Below the pieces are notes generated by a model. The model did no database searches. It was not told the origin of the DNA and was given only the letters and a program-made list of their open reading frames with translations. Source: the human T2T-CHM13v2.0 reference genome, Homo sapiens. From it: DNA of 64,000 nt. The position numbers were made by a program, and so were the translations under genes. Location: NCBI RefSeq assembly GCF_009914755.1, contig NC_060931.1, one strand, 5' to 3'. Shown piece by piece: positions 41,091-55,700 of the stretch. Within the stretch, counting starts at the first letter, position 1; every line of letters starts with the position of its first letter.

Positions 41091-42524
41091 AGTACTGTCA
41101 TAATTATATCTCCTCACTTTAAATCTCTCAAGTGTAATTACTAAAATTGTGTTGTAGTGGAAGTAAAAAGCAAGGTTACTAACTTGAGAGTATCTATGAA
41201 ACACTCACCCATTAAGTTTCATTCTTTAGTACATTTATAATAACTTTTATTCCAATTGTAGCATGGCCTATCTCCAAGGGCAAGTTCCTGCCTGCGTCTT
41301 CATTGAAAACAGTGGAACTTTGAAGCAATGGGGGAGTTTGTTGCTTCTCTTGACAAGCGGCCAGCCCTAATTCAGAGTTATAAAAGTTTTCATATTCTGC
41401 TTTTGGCATATCTGTAAAATATACTTGGGCATACATTTTTTTTTTCTGTTTGGATCATAAGTGTGTGAAACATACGTGGTAAGAGCCAGTTATATTCCAA
41501 TCACAGAGGATGTCTTGGAACACATCACTGCCACTCCAGAGGTACTGAAACTTTCTTCCTCTAGTAAGGAACATGGCTGGGGTGGGGGTGAGAAGAGATA
41601 TTCTTACATTTATAAACTGTTTCTCCCACCACCAGACCAGACATAAAGTTTGATTTTGTCCTGAAGATTTCAGTTGTCTTGGAGCCAGTGGAACTGAGTT
41701 AGCCCAAGAATGAGAGTGGATGTCCTTTTTCTCTTTCTGCCTTTGAAATATCAGGTTCATTGGACAGGTGCTCAGTAGATCCAATTTTCTTTAATTGCAC
41801 CTACATCAGTGTAATATAAATGTCTTCATTCACAATCCCACAAGGGTTGTAGATATCAATATGCCGGGGGATAGTGTATGGGAATTGAGGGTCATAGTAG
41901 GTCAATACTATATAAGAAAATTCCTACAGAGAGTGAGTCTAAATCCCTACTCCTATGGGACCAGCGACTATTATTGTCTATTTATTTACTTATTTGAAAA
42001 TGTAAACAATTATTTCCCAGTGGACTAATTACAAAGTTCCTGTGACATCAAGATCATTCCTTCTCAAGGCTTTTCACTATATATTGAGACGTGTAGTCTT
42101 AATTTCATTTTGGTTTGCCCCAAGACTTCCACCAAGTCTAGGGGATCTGTACGGAACTATCCTTTCCCAAGGTACATCATGCATACTTTCTGCTATTATT
42201 TTTTTTTCAGTCTGTCCCTTGTGGTCAATCAAGAGAAATGCAGACTTCAATCTCTATAAGAAGAGCAAAGGTTCTCCCTTTTTAAACCTTTGAACTGAGA
42301 AAAAAAAAAAAAAAGCAGCAGCTCCTGCCATCCAGAAACTTGTCTGGCGCTAACAGCGAGGCCATATTGTTCTCCCATTGTACAAAAACAATTTCAGAAA
42401 ACATCAACATCAGATAAGGTCACTCAGAGACCGTCATAAAGTAAGGCACATACACGATCACCATGCAACCCACAAAATACTGATCATCCTTCTGTTATCT
42501 AAAATGAGTAATTGCACGTTTTAG

Positions 42525-42863
<339 letters not shown>

Positions 42864-44973
42864 TAGTCAGCTCTCCTTGTATATGTATTGAGATCGTAGT
42901 TGTAGAATTGTTTCTGGTTCTTGACAGTATGTCATCCAAAACAAAGTCTCCCTTCTTCAGACACTTCCCAAAACTATCCAACCAAAGCCCACAGCCTATA
43001 ATAGGTTCTTTCTGACACCTTTTTACTGATATACCCACAGTTCTCTATGGTGTGCATTTTCCCTAGCTGCAATGAACAACAGATTCAACTTGTTTAATTA
43101 TAGGTGTGTTTCCATTGGTCTTTGGCTGTAGGGCATTAATAATATTATGTACTATTAGTGCGTTAATAACATTAATAATGCCCTATAGCCAAAAGTACTT
43201 TTACCAGTGCTAGAGATCCACCAGGCTTTCTGCTAAAGGTCACTCTAACATTACGGACACAAGTCAGTTGTTTGTCTTTTAATGCTTTTGCCAGCTGAAA
43301 TAGTTTATCTCAGAGTTTTCTATGAGGATCTGAGATTTAACTCTGCTCTAGGTGTTGAGAGCAACAAGCTCATAGTGCCAGTTGTCTTGTGGTTAAATGT
43401 CAAAAGCCTTAATTAAGGCTTATTATTTTCTCCTTTGGAATAGGTCGGCTCCAAGGCTACACAAGCAGCAAGAAGAAAAGGAAAAACTCTGTTTTATTAA
43501 AGCTCCACTTGCCTATCTACCTTGGTGGAGGGTCAAGAAAAGGTTTATAACCTATTTGCAGGTTTTAGGCTCCTGTTTGCAGCACAGAAACCACAGACAA
43601 TAGGTAAGCCTGCTGGGCCCTGGCCTATGGGGTCTGTTCAGGAAGAAGAGGGGTCTTCTCTCTAAACCTGTGAGATCTCTTCTAGACTCTTTTATAGATT
43701 GTTTTTATATTGTATGTTTGATCATTTTGTCCTCCCCTAACCCCCTTTGGGCACTATCTCAGACTTTAAATATTCTAAATAATTTTGGCAGTATGTGAAA
43801 AATGAATTTTATGTCACTAAGCGATTCATGGAAATATTTTTTTAGTACCTACATGTACAGATTTCTTAACCAATTATGTATATTTGAGTTCCTAAGAATA
43901 GAAGTAACTTTTTAATGACCTTCAGGTACACATATTTGTATTAAAATAAACCTTGGTTCCTAACTGTCATCATTGGTCACTACATTTTTTTTTTAAGTTG
44001 CAGTTGCTTCCCAACCTCTATTTATCTTTCATTTATTTACTCATCCCTTTATTCTATTTATTTCTAATATAATGAGCACCTATGAAACGCACCCAGTCTC
44101 AGACTAGAACATCAATAACTTAAGCTACTCAAGCTTTCCTATCAAAGAAATGCTTCTTTATAGCACTGAAATGCACAAGAATCCAAATGCATAGGAAGCA
44201 TTTCTTAGTTGTCTTGATTGTGAGGTAAGTTGTTTTTTTGTGTAGTTAGAAGAAAGATCTCTGAGAAGTTGAAGATCACCTTCTGCCCACTCCCTATTGA
44301 AGACTGACTGCAATGATGTGGGTCAAAGAAAGAAATCATTTTAAGAGTAGAAGCCAAGCAGGAGTACAAAGGCTTTGTAAGGAGTAGAGAACAGAGGAGG
44401 GAAATAGTCTTGAAAGAAGGGATAGAGTCTGCTACTTTTGTTGGCAAAAAAGAGTCAACATCTAAGGCCTAGTTACCTGTTGGCCTGTTAGGTACATATA
44501 TTAGGTGAGGTTTTGACCTTGGGTGAGGACATTGCTTTAAGCACTAAATAGATCAGATTAATCCCGTGAAGAGGAGATAGGAAGTGTTTCTGATAAATAC
44601 TGCTTTGAAGATTGGCTGCAAGGCCAATACTCATCAGAGAGCTCCAGTTGACTATGGGAGTTAGACAACAGAGGAAAGTAAACTCATGACATATCTCAAT
44701 TTCTCTTTACAGAAATTCAGACTCAGTGGTGTGGCAGAAGATAAAATAATTTGGGTTATTTCTGTGATAACATGGGCAATCTGGAAACTACTCCCATTTG
44801 TGAGGGTAAATCTCTATTATGATACATGGAAAATAGGACAGATGCTAATTCAGGTAAGAAAAGGTCTTTGTATTATACAAATATTTACCTTCAGACAGAA
44901 ATGTTAATGAAGATGGAGAAGGAACAGTTACCAAGAAACTAGGGATAGTAGGACACAAAAAACCTGGTAACCT

Positions 44974-47900
44974 GGTAGTGAGTATGAACCAGTCTGGTGC
45001 CTTGCCTCCAGAGGAGCAGCAACTGAGCAGAGCTACTGGACAACCAGCCCTGCACTTCCCTAGAGCACAGACCAGCTCACTATGCAGCCACCAAGAGATA
45101 AGCACCGAAGGAGAACCTACCAGCCATGGATCCTCAGAAAACAGACCAGCTAAGTGCCCAGCCTTCAGGGGACAAGCAGCTGAGTGGGCATACCAGCCAC
45201 ACAAACTTCTGCAGCCAAGGCCACTGAGGTACTTGCAGGCACCACTGACATTAACTACAGCTAAAGAAGCTGCATGGAGACTACACTACTGCATCCACCC
45301 AGAACAAAAACAAATGTACCTTACCCAACCAACATGCTAGGACACATCTGCAGGTGTAAGTCTTTTCCGCTGAAAGTTATGCTACCAAGTTAGAAAAGGT
45401 GATTATTCCATCAGATGCACAGATGCCAGTGCAGGGATACAAGAAACATAAAAAAGCAAGGGAACATGACACCACCAAAGAAACACAATAATTCTCTAGT
45501 AACTGACCCCAATAAAAAAATAAAAATTTATGAATTGCCTGAAAAGGAATTCAAGATAGTGAGCCTAAGGAAACTTGGTGAGACATGAAAGAACACAAAC
45601 GGATCATTCAACAATCGGGAAAAACAGTTCATGATCTGAATGAGAAATTCAACAAAGAGAGAGATATCATAAAAAAGAACAAAATAGAAATCTTGGGGCC
45701 AAGAAATTCAATGAATGAAATAAAAAAACGCAATTGAGAGCTTCAACAGCAAAATAGATCAAACAGAAGAATTTTTGAACTTGAAAACAGGCCTTTTGAA
45801 ATAGTCCAGTCAGAGGTAAAGAAAAAAAAAAGGAATGAAGAAGCCTATGGCATTTATGGGACACCATAAGTGAACAAATGTTTGCATTTTGGCAACTTAA
45901 GAAGAAGAGATGAAGAAAGGCAAAGAAAGCTTATTTAACAAAGTAATAGTTGAAAACTTCCCAAGTCTTGGGGAGATATGGACATCCAGATCCATGAAGT
46001 TCAAAGGATCCCACAAAGATTCAACTCAAAGAGGTCCTCTCTGAGGCATATAACCAAACTGTCAAAAGTCAAAGACAAAGAAAAAAATACTAAAAGCAGC
46101 ATGAGAAAAACATCAAGTCACATATAAGGGAATTGCCATTGGACTATTAGCAGATTTCCCAGCAGCAACCTTGCAGGCCAGGAGAGAATGGGATGATATA
46201 TTTAAAATACTAGAAGAAAAAAAGCTGCTAGCCTAGAATACTATACCAGCAAATCTTTGCTTCAGAAATGAAGGAGAAATAGTCTTTCCCAGATCAGCAA
46301 AAGTTGAGGGAACTCATTACCACTGGACCAGACTTACAAGAAATGCTTGAGTATTTCTATTGGAAAAAAAAGTTTTCATGATAATTGCTACCATAAAAAA
46401 ACATGAAGTATAAATCTCACTGCTGGAGATAAATGCATTATCAAATTCATAATGCTTCATTACTGCAATGGTGATATGTAATGTTTCAAACCTCTAGTAT
46501 GAAGGTTAAAGGCCAAAACAGCTGGGTGCTGTGGCATGTGCTTGTAGTCCCAGTTATTTAGGAGGCTGAAATGGAAGGCTCATTTGAGCCCAGGGGTTTG
46601 AGTCCAACCTGGGCAACATAATGAGACCCCATTTAAAAAATAATAATAATTAAAAAAATGCAGCTCTGTGGGATGCCAAAAAGTGAAAATTGTAATAATG
46701 ATTATAGCAATGATAAGTTGTTAAGGAATAAACAATATATAAAGATGTATATTAAAGCAACAAAATTATAAATTTGGGTGCAGAATGAAAGTCTAGAGTA
46801 TTGGTATGCAATGAAAGTTAACTTGTTATCAGCTTAAAATAGTCTATTATAAGTATGAGAGATTTTTAATGTAACCCCAATACTAATCACAAAGAAAAAA
46901 TTACAACAGATATACAAATGAGAAAGAGAAAGGAATCAAAGCTTAACACAACAAATACCCTAATCAAGCCACAGAGATAAACATGAGAGAGGAAGAAAGG
47001 AACAAAGGATAAACAAAACAACCAGAAAATAATGAACAAAATGGCAGAAGTCCTTACCTATCAATAATAACTTTGAATGTAAATGAAATAAATTCCCAAT
47101 TAAAACATACGCCGTGGCTGAATGGATTAAATTAAAAAAAAAAAAAAACAAGATTCAGCAACATGCTGCCTACCAGATAGGCACTTCACCTATAAGGCCA
47201 CACATAGACTGAAGTGAAAGAAGAGAAAATGAAATTCTGTGAAAATGGAAACCAAAACAAAGCAGGGGTAGTAATACTTACATCAGACAAAATAGGCTTT
47301 AAGTAAAAAACTGTCAAAAGAGAAAAGAAGGTCATTATATAAAGAAAGATAAGGAAATCAGTTCAGCAGAAGGTTAGGACAGTTGTCAGTATATGAGCAC
47401 ACAACACCAGAACACCCAATATATAAAGTAAATATATAAAGCAAATATTATGAGATCTAAAGGGAGAGAAAAATTAAAATAAAATAAAAAAGGACTTTAG
47501 CACCCTCTTTCAGCAATGGATGGATCATCTAGATAGAAAATCAACAAAGAATTATCAGATTTAAATTACATTCTAGACCAAATAGCCCCAGCAGATATTT
47601 ATAAAACATTCCCCTCAATAACTACTGAATGTACATTTTGCTCAACAGCACATGGAACTTTTCTCCACGATAGAATATATGTTAGTCCACAAAACATATC
47701 TCAAGCAATCAAAAAAATCAAAATCTTATCAAGTATCTTCTCTTACCACAATGCAATAAAAACTAGAAATGAATACCAAGAGGAACTATGGAACATATAC
47801 GAATATGTGAAAACTAAAAACAAGTTTTTACAAAACCAGGGCATCAATAAAGAAATTAAAAAGAAAATTTAAAAATTCCTTGAGACAAATAAAAGGAAAC

Positions 47901-50900
47901 ATAATGTACCAAGACCTATGGGATACAGCAAAAGCTATTCTAAGAGGGAGTTTATAGCAATAGATGCCTACATCAAAAAAGTATAAGAATCTTTTATAAA
48001 AACTTTATGTGGCACCTCAAGGAATGAGAAAAACGAGGGCCAGCTGAACCCTAAACTACTAGAAGAGAAGACTGATAAAGATCAAGCAGAAATAAGTGAA
48101 ATAGAGCCTGAAAATAATATAAAAATCAGTAGAACAAAAAGTTGGTCCTTTGAAAGATAAACAAATGTTTTAGCTAGACTAACAAAAAAGAGAAGACTCA
48201 AATAAATATAATCAGAGCTAAAAAAGGAGATGTCACAGAAATACAAAGGATCATAGAAGACTTTTATGAGCAATTATATGCCAATAAACTGGAAAACCTA
48301 AAAGAAATAAATAAATTCCTGGACACATGCAACCTACCAAAGTTGAACTACTATGAAGAAATAAAATACCTACACAGGCCAATAATGTGTAACAAGAATG
48401 AATCAGTAATAATAAGTCTCCCGTCAAAGAAAAGCCCAGGAACTGATGACTTTACTGCTAAGTTCTACCAAACATGTAAATAATAATATCACTTCTTTTC
48501 AAACTATTCTAAAAAGTTGAAGAGGTGCAAATTCTTCCACACTCATTCTATGAGGCCAACATTATCAAAACCAGACAAGGATAACTTGATAAAAAGAAAA
48601 CTACAGGCCAATCTCCTTTATCAACATAGATGCAAAAATCTTTAACAAAATATAAGTGAAACAAATTCAACAGCATATTGAAAAAATAATTCACCACAAT
48701 CAAGTGAGATTCATCCCAGGGATGCAAGGATGGTTTAACATATGTAAATCACAAATGTGATACATCACATTAACAGAATGAAGGACAAAAATGACATAAT
48801 CATTTTAATAGACAAAGAAAAAAATTTGATAAAATTTAACATCCCTTCATGATAAAAATTCTCAGCAAATGAGATGTAGAAGTAATATACCTCAACACAA
48901 TAAAGGCCATAAATGAGAAGCTCATAGATAACATCATACTGAAGAAGTTGAAAGCTATTCCTCTATGATCTGCAATAAGACAAGGATGCCGCATTTATCA
49001 CTTTTGTTGAACATACTACTGGAAATCCAAGCCAGAGCAATTAGGCAAGAGAAATGAAAGGCATCCAAATAGGAAAGGGGGAAGTCAAATTGTCCTTGTT
49101 TGCAGATGACATTATCTTATATATAGAAAATCCTAAAGATTCCACAAAAAACTGTTAGAATAAATAAATTCAATAAAGTTGCAGGATACAAACTCAACAT
49201 GCAAAAATCAGTAGTGTTTCTATATGCCAGTAGCAAGCTACCTAAAAAAAGATATCAAGAAAGCAATCCACTGACAATAGCTATAAAATAAATACCCAGG
49301 AATATAGTTAACAAAGGAGGTGAAACATCTTGAGTGGAAACTATAGAATATGGATAAAATAAATTGAAGAGGACACAAATAAATAGAAAGATAATAATGA
49401 ATTGCAAAAATTAATATTGTCAAAATGTCCATATTATCCAAAGCAATTTACTAATTCAATGCAATCCCTATTCTTCACAGAAATAGAAAAAAAAATCCTA
49501 AAACTTCTATGGAACCACAAAAGACCCCAAATAGCCAAAGTAATCCTTAGCAAAAATAAAGCTCGAGGCATCACACTACCTGACTTTAAAATATACTATA
49601 AAGCTATAGTAACCAAATCAACATGGTACTGGTATAAAAATAGACACATAGATAACTGAAACAGAATACAGAACAGAAATAAATCCATGCACTTACAGCC
49701 AACTGATTTTCAACAAAAGTGTCAGCAACATGCATTAGGAAAAGGAGAGGCTTTTCAATAGATGGCACTGGGAAAACTGAATATCCACATGTAGAAGAAT
49801 AAAATTAGACCCCTGTCTCTTACCATATGTAAAAATTAGTTCAAAATTGATTAAAAACTTTAATGTAAGACCTGAAACTGTAAGCATCCTAGAAGAAAAC
49901 ATGGGAGAAACAATTCATGACATTGGTCTCGGCAAGAATTTTTTGAATAAGACCTCAAAAGCATACAACAAAAGCAAATATAGAGAAATGGTACTATATT
50001 AAACTAAAATGCTTCTGTACAGCAAAGGAAACAGATTGAAGTTAACTTAAGGAATGGGAGAAAACATATGCAAACTATGCATCTGACAAGGGGTTAATGC
50101 CTAGAATATATAGAAAAATAACTCAATAGCAGAAAAATAAATAATTCCATTTAAAGATGGGCAAAATGCCTAAATAGACATTTCTCTAAAGAAGACATAC
50201 TAATGCTTAGCATCACTAATCATCAGGGAAATGCAAATAAAACCATAATGACATATCACCTCAGTCCAGTTAGAATGGCTATTATCAAAAAGACAAAAAA
50301 TAACAAATGTTGGGGTAGATGTGAAGAAAGAGGAAGTCTCATATGCTGTTGTAAATTAGTCCAGCAATGATGGAAAACAGAATGAAGGTTCCTAAAAAAG
50401 TTAAAAAATAGAAGTACCATATGATCCAGAATCCCACTACTGAGTATATATCCAAAGGAAATAAAATCAGTTATGTGGAAGAGATATCTGCATTCCCATG
50501 TTTATTGCAGCATTATTCACAGTAGTTGCATGGAATCAACCTAAGTGTCCATCAGTGGATGAATGGATAAAGAAAATGTGGTGTATATATACAATGGAAG
50601 ACTATTCAACCATAAAAAGAAATTTTGTCATTTGTGGCAACGTAATTGGGCCCAGAGGACATTATGTTAAGTAAAATAAGCCAGGCATGTAAAGACGAAT
50701 ACTGTACAATCTCACACAAAAGTGGATTCTATAATTTAAAAAGTTGATTTAATAGCAGCAGAGCGTAGAATAGTGGTTGCCAGAGGCTTGGGAGGGTAGT
50801 GGGGCAGGGGAGATGGGGATAGACTGGTCAACAGGTACAAAGGTTCAGTTAGATAGGAATAAGTTCTGGTGTTCTATTGCACAGTAGGGTGACTATAGTT

Positions 50901-51115
50901 AACAATATTATATTGTATATTTCAAAATAGCTAGAAGAGAGGATTTTGAATGTTCTTACCACAAAGGGATGATAAATGTTTGAGGTGAAAAATATGCTAA
51001 ATACCCTGATTTGATCATCACAAAATATATACGTGTATCAAAACATCACACTATACCCTATAAATATGTACAATTATTATGAGTCAATTAAAAGTAAAAT
51101 AAAACTTAAAAAAAA
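44974..51115 (+). mobile_element. Near-full-length decayed L1 (L1MA4-like 3' end) with a nested Alu monomer at ~46520-46660
   Basis: ORF1-like (gaattgcctgaaaaggaattcaag) and ORF2 EN/RT-like sequence (tttgcagatgacattatc = FADDII) with many frameshifts. L1MA-type 3'UTR, A-tail, and degenerate TSD aaaaaacctggtaacct / aagaaacttggtggcct. Confidence 0.9.
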
Positions 51116-51719
51116 GAAACTTGGTGGCCTAAAGATTTCCACTAGATAGTTGGCTGTTTCTCCCAAGTACAGGGTTAAAAATAGCTGAAAAGAGGTTACG
51201 ATGTTCAGGGAAAGTAGCAAAGAGTACACCAGGGAGACTGACAGATGGACAGAAATGCTCTGACACTAGCTGGCCTCATATAAGACTAAAACTTATTAAA
51301 GCTGTCAAATGAAGGGGAGTGCAGGAAAGCTTAGGGCCCTGGATGGTCCTTCTTGAAATGTTTCCCAGAACAGGGGCAAACATCAAAGGCCTTCTTGGAA
51401 AAGAATGAAGTTGGCAAACTTCATTCAATGCTGTATTGGACATTCCTTCATTCAACAAATATTAAAACCCACTAGATGGTAAGCTTACTCAGCAGACATG
51501 GTGAGATCAGCAGTAGGCTTTGTTTTTTGTGGAACACCTATACAAACAAAAGAATGTGAAGTGTGTTTTAATAACTGGAAGATACTTAATCTGGTTGGAA
51601 ATAGAGACTTGTGGGGAGATATCATGAGCCTGGACACATCAAGTGGACCTAGATACTTGAGGACCTTGAAAACCATTTTAAAGGCTTTAGCTGGGTTGCA
51701 TCTTAATCAATGTGAAGTC

Positions 51720-54482
51720 ACTGGAAGATTTTTATTTGGGTTTATTAAAAATTTTTTCAAAGTAATACATGCACAAGGTAAAAAATTAAATAGTACAGAA
51801 GGACTTAAAATGAAAAACACAGTTTCCCATCCCACCCTTTTTAAATCTAAATCCCATTCCCTAGAGGTAATGCTTTTAACAATATTTATTTTAGATCGTC
51901 TGGTAACTTTCTAACTTTAAATAATATGTTTGAGCAATAATTTCTTGACTTACTGACTTTACAACATCTTTAATAATTCCCCATTACAAAAGATAAGGAT
52001 TTAACTTACACTATCGCCACTTTCCTTTGTCCATCTCTCTCCAAATGTCTGATAGTTACATCACTTTTTAATACATCTATTGGTTTGATTTTATAGCTTT
52101 GAACAATACACTAATCCTCTAGTTCTTGTTCCATTAACTGAAGATCTTTTCATCCCCACTTTGAATATATAAGTATCTCTACCTTTGATTCCACTTCTCT
52201 TCCTCTAATTCTCAATCTCTTTCTGCTTTCTTTCCCTTTGTCAGCATTAATTACTTTCAACTTCAGTTCTGAATAAAAAATGAAACCTTTCACACTTTGT
52301 TAATAGGCTGATCTGAACATTGAATACTAATAAATGATATCCACATTATTTTGGCTATTTAAATACTTCTTACTGGGAGCCTAGTATAAGCTAGGATATT
52401 TTCTTCCCTACACACCCAATATCATCATGCCTGTGCCATAGAAAAGGAAATGTACCTATCAAGCCTCTTCTTATTCTTCATGAATAACTCAAAATCATGC
52501 CTCATTTTATTTTGCTCTATAATTGGACCTGAATTTTTTGACATATTGTTGATTTGTCTTTCTTTTTTCTTGACTAAATAATCTTCTCAAGCATCCCAGC
52601 TCTTCAATGATACTATCTATGGCACTGAATGCACATTCTTCCCAGAAAGCCCGAGACAGTATGCTCTCATCTGAAATTAGTCTGCTGGATAGCTGTCACT
52701 CTAGGGTGAGATACCCTTTTGGCTGTCACTCTAGAATGAGACATCCTAAGTAAGGTCCACTGTTTTATGGATCCCATTTCTTCTTCTTTCCTGGTTTTCA
52801 TCCTCATTTTGCTGGAGAATTTCCTCAAGATACTTCCTCAGTAAGGGTGCAAAGGAGACTTTCTGAAAATTTGCCTGACAGAAAATGTCTTCACTTTGAT
52901 GTTCTTCTTGACAGTCTGCCTTACTATGAAATTCTAGGTACAAAAATTTTCCTTAAGCTCTGAAGATGTTGATCCATTGACTTCTGGCATTCAGTGTTGC
53001 TGATGACAAATCTGTTAGCAGTCTATTTCTCATCCATTTTTGTGTTGAGCTAATCGTGATGACCTCATTTGTTTTCTCCCTGGCCACTTTAATATCTTCC
53101 TTCTATCCTTAATATTCCAAAATTTTACAATATTGTGTCTAGATGTAGATTGTATTGGGCCCTCTCAATCTGGAGACTTAGCTTGCTCTGTTCTTCAATT
53201 CTTTTTCTTTTTATTTCTTCACCTACACTGTCTCTGTTCTCTCTTCCAGGAACTCCTAACATTACATATTGATTGTCTATGTCTTTTTTCTTTCTTTATA
53301 TTTTTCTATCTATTTCTTTTTGCTCTTTATCTGGAGAGATTCCCTCAACTTTATTTTCCAGACTGTATACCAAATACTTTTAGCAGTCTTATTTTATTTT
53401 CAAAGAGATCTTCTTATTCTCAGTCTTCTCTTTCTTTTCTTGCTTTTTAAGAGACAGGGTCTCACTCTGTCCCCCAGGCTGGAGTGCAGTGGCACCATCA
53501 TGGCTCACTGAAGCCTTGAACTCCTGGGCTCAAGTGATCTTCCCACTTCAGCCTCCCAAGTAGCTAGGACCACAGGCACATGCCACCATGCTTGGCTAAT
53601 TTTTAAAAATTATTTTGTAGAGACGGGATGTTGCCATCTTGCCTAGGCTGGTCTTGAACTCCTGAGTTTTCCGTTTCTTTGTAGTATCCTGTTTTTCATC
53701 TTAAATACACCTCAAATCTCTCTGGAGATGGAATTAAAATTAAGTTATTCTTTCCACATTGTCTTTGTTTCCCTCAGAGTTTGTCATATTTTCAAGGCCC
53801 CTAATTCTACCTCGTGACTTTTCTTATTCCTCTTCCCTCCCCATCGCCCATGTCTGGGAATTTCTAACTCACCATTCCCATTTAAGAATCAACATAACTG
53901 TTAACTTGTATAACAGTTGGCATGGGTTTCCTCTGCTGTTGTACAGTTAGGTCTGTTTCTTCAGGAAACCTCTTCTATACCTGAAGGCAACAGGCACTTG
54001 AGTAGGAGGTCTCAGCTGTCAGTAGAGAATTAGCTGACCGGCTGGGGGTAGGGGCACTTATTTCCACTAGAAGAGAAATTTTTTTCTGGAGCACCAACTC
54101 TTATCTCTCTGCAAGCAGCCTGTTCAATTCCTTTATACAAACAACAACAGCAACAATAACAAGAAATTTTTAACTGGTATCAATAGTGGAGACTGCCTGT
54201 GTTCTGTGCATAAGAGTTGGGGGAGAGTAGGAGAGGGCTCAATCTTACAACTGGAGTAATTCTTCAGTAGACAAGCTTTTCAGGTGCGCAAGTCTCTTTG
54301 GGGTTATGTTGTTCAGATCAGCTTACATTTTATCTGAAAGGTTCTTCACTCTTTCATTATCATGCTTCATCCACTTTCTATCTTCCAGAAATATGCTGAG
54401 ATCCTCTCCACTTATAACCAAATCCCTTCAGTTTTCTTTGCTGAGATGTGTCAGTTCCTTTTTGCATTTCTTGACTTCAATT
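51720..54482 (-). other. TCAF1: TCAF1 long 3'UTR (terminal exon)
   Basis: Follows the stop at 54483. Tandem minus-strand AATAAA at 51741-46 and 51731-36. Contains an AluJ-like fragment (~53445-53666). Confidence 0.6.
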
Positions 54483-54492
54483 TCAGTGGGGC
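54483..54492 (-). CDS. TCAF1: TCAF1 terminal exon coding part (completes ...TQMPH*)
   Basis: Acceptor ccttccctccctccccAG|G CCC CAC TGA, joining the donor CAG AT|GTAAGG at 57450. Confidence 0.8.
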
Positions 54493-55427
54493 CTGGGGAG
54501 GGAGGGAAGGTAAACTTATGTTTACTCCATTATCTCAAATTAGAAATTCCAGTGGAGGCTTTTAGACACGGAAGTAACATGGATAACTTTATATTTTAAA
54601 TATATCCCCGGGATGTACTGCTAAAAATATATTAAAGAGGGCAAGGATGGATACACATATTCTCAAAGATGGAGGATCTAATTTCCTCTCTGAGAACATG
54701 CAGTGTTTGGGATCTCTGGGAGTCAGGCACTTCACTGAAATAGTCCATCATTCAAAATCCAACAAACTAGAGAACACTTTCATGGTACCCTAGAAAGAAT
54801 AACTGAAACTTGAGTAATGCAGAACCTAAAAGATCTGGCTGATGCTAAAGGGCTCACTCCAGCACTATCTATTGGGAAGCACTTCAGGAGCCTACCTTAA
54901 ATTCTTTGAATTGTCATTTGGGATAAACAAAATGATTTTTTGTTCTGATAAAAGTAGATGATAGGTAAGTATATGCAGCCAAAGCTCTGGCAAGTAGGAA
55001 CATAATGATCCTTTGGTTTGCTGGTCGGCTTCTTTATTTACCCATTGATGGGGTCATTCAAAGCACTGTAGTTATGAATGCCCATTCTGTAATCAGAATG
55101 CCTGAATTCAAATCCCAGATCAACCACTTATTAGCAATATAGCCTTAGATAATTTACCTTATCTTCCTTAACTTCAGTTCTCTCGTTCATAAAATAAAAT
55201 GGGAGTGATAATGGTTGCCATGTCATGAGATTATTGTGAAGATTAAATGAAACAATCTATAGAAAGGAATCACTACAATAACTGGTACACACCCAATAAT
55301 TGATAACAATTATTTTAAATGTTGAACAAATATCCAATGTCTCATGTTTAAAGCACCTAGGCAATGGATATTTGTGCAATCAGGAGAAATAATCCTAGGA
55401 CCGACAAATAACATGACAAAGAAATCT

Positions 55428-55700
<273 letters not shown>

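Noticed and set aside
44974-51115. L1 as an active retrotransposon
   Set aside because: ORF1 and ORF2 are fragmented by many stops and frameshifts; old subfamily with a nested Alu monomer.
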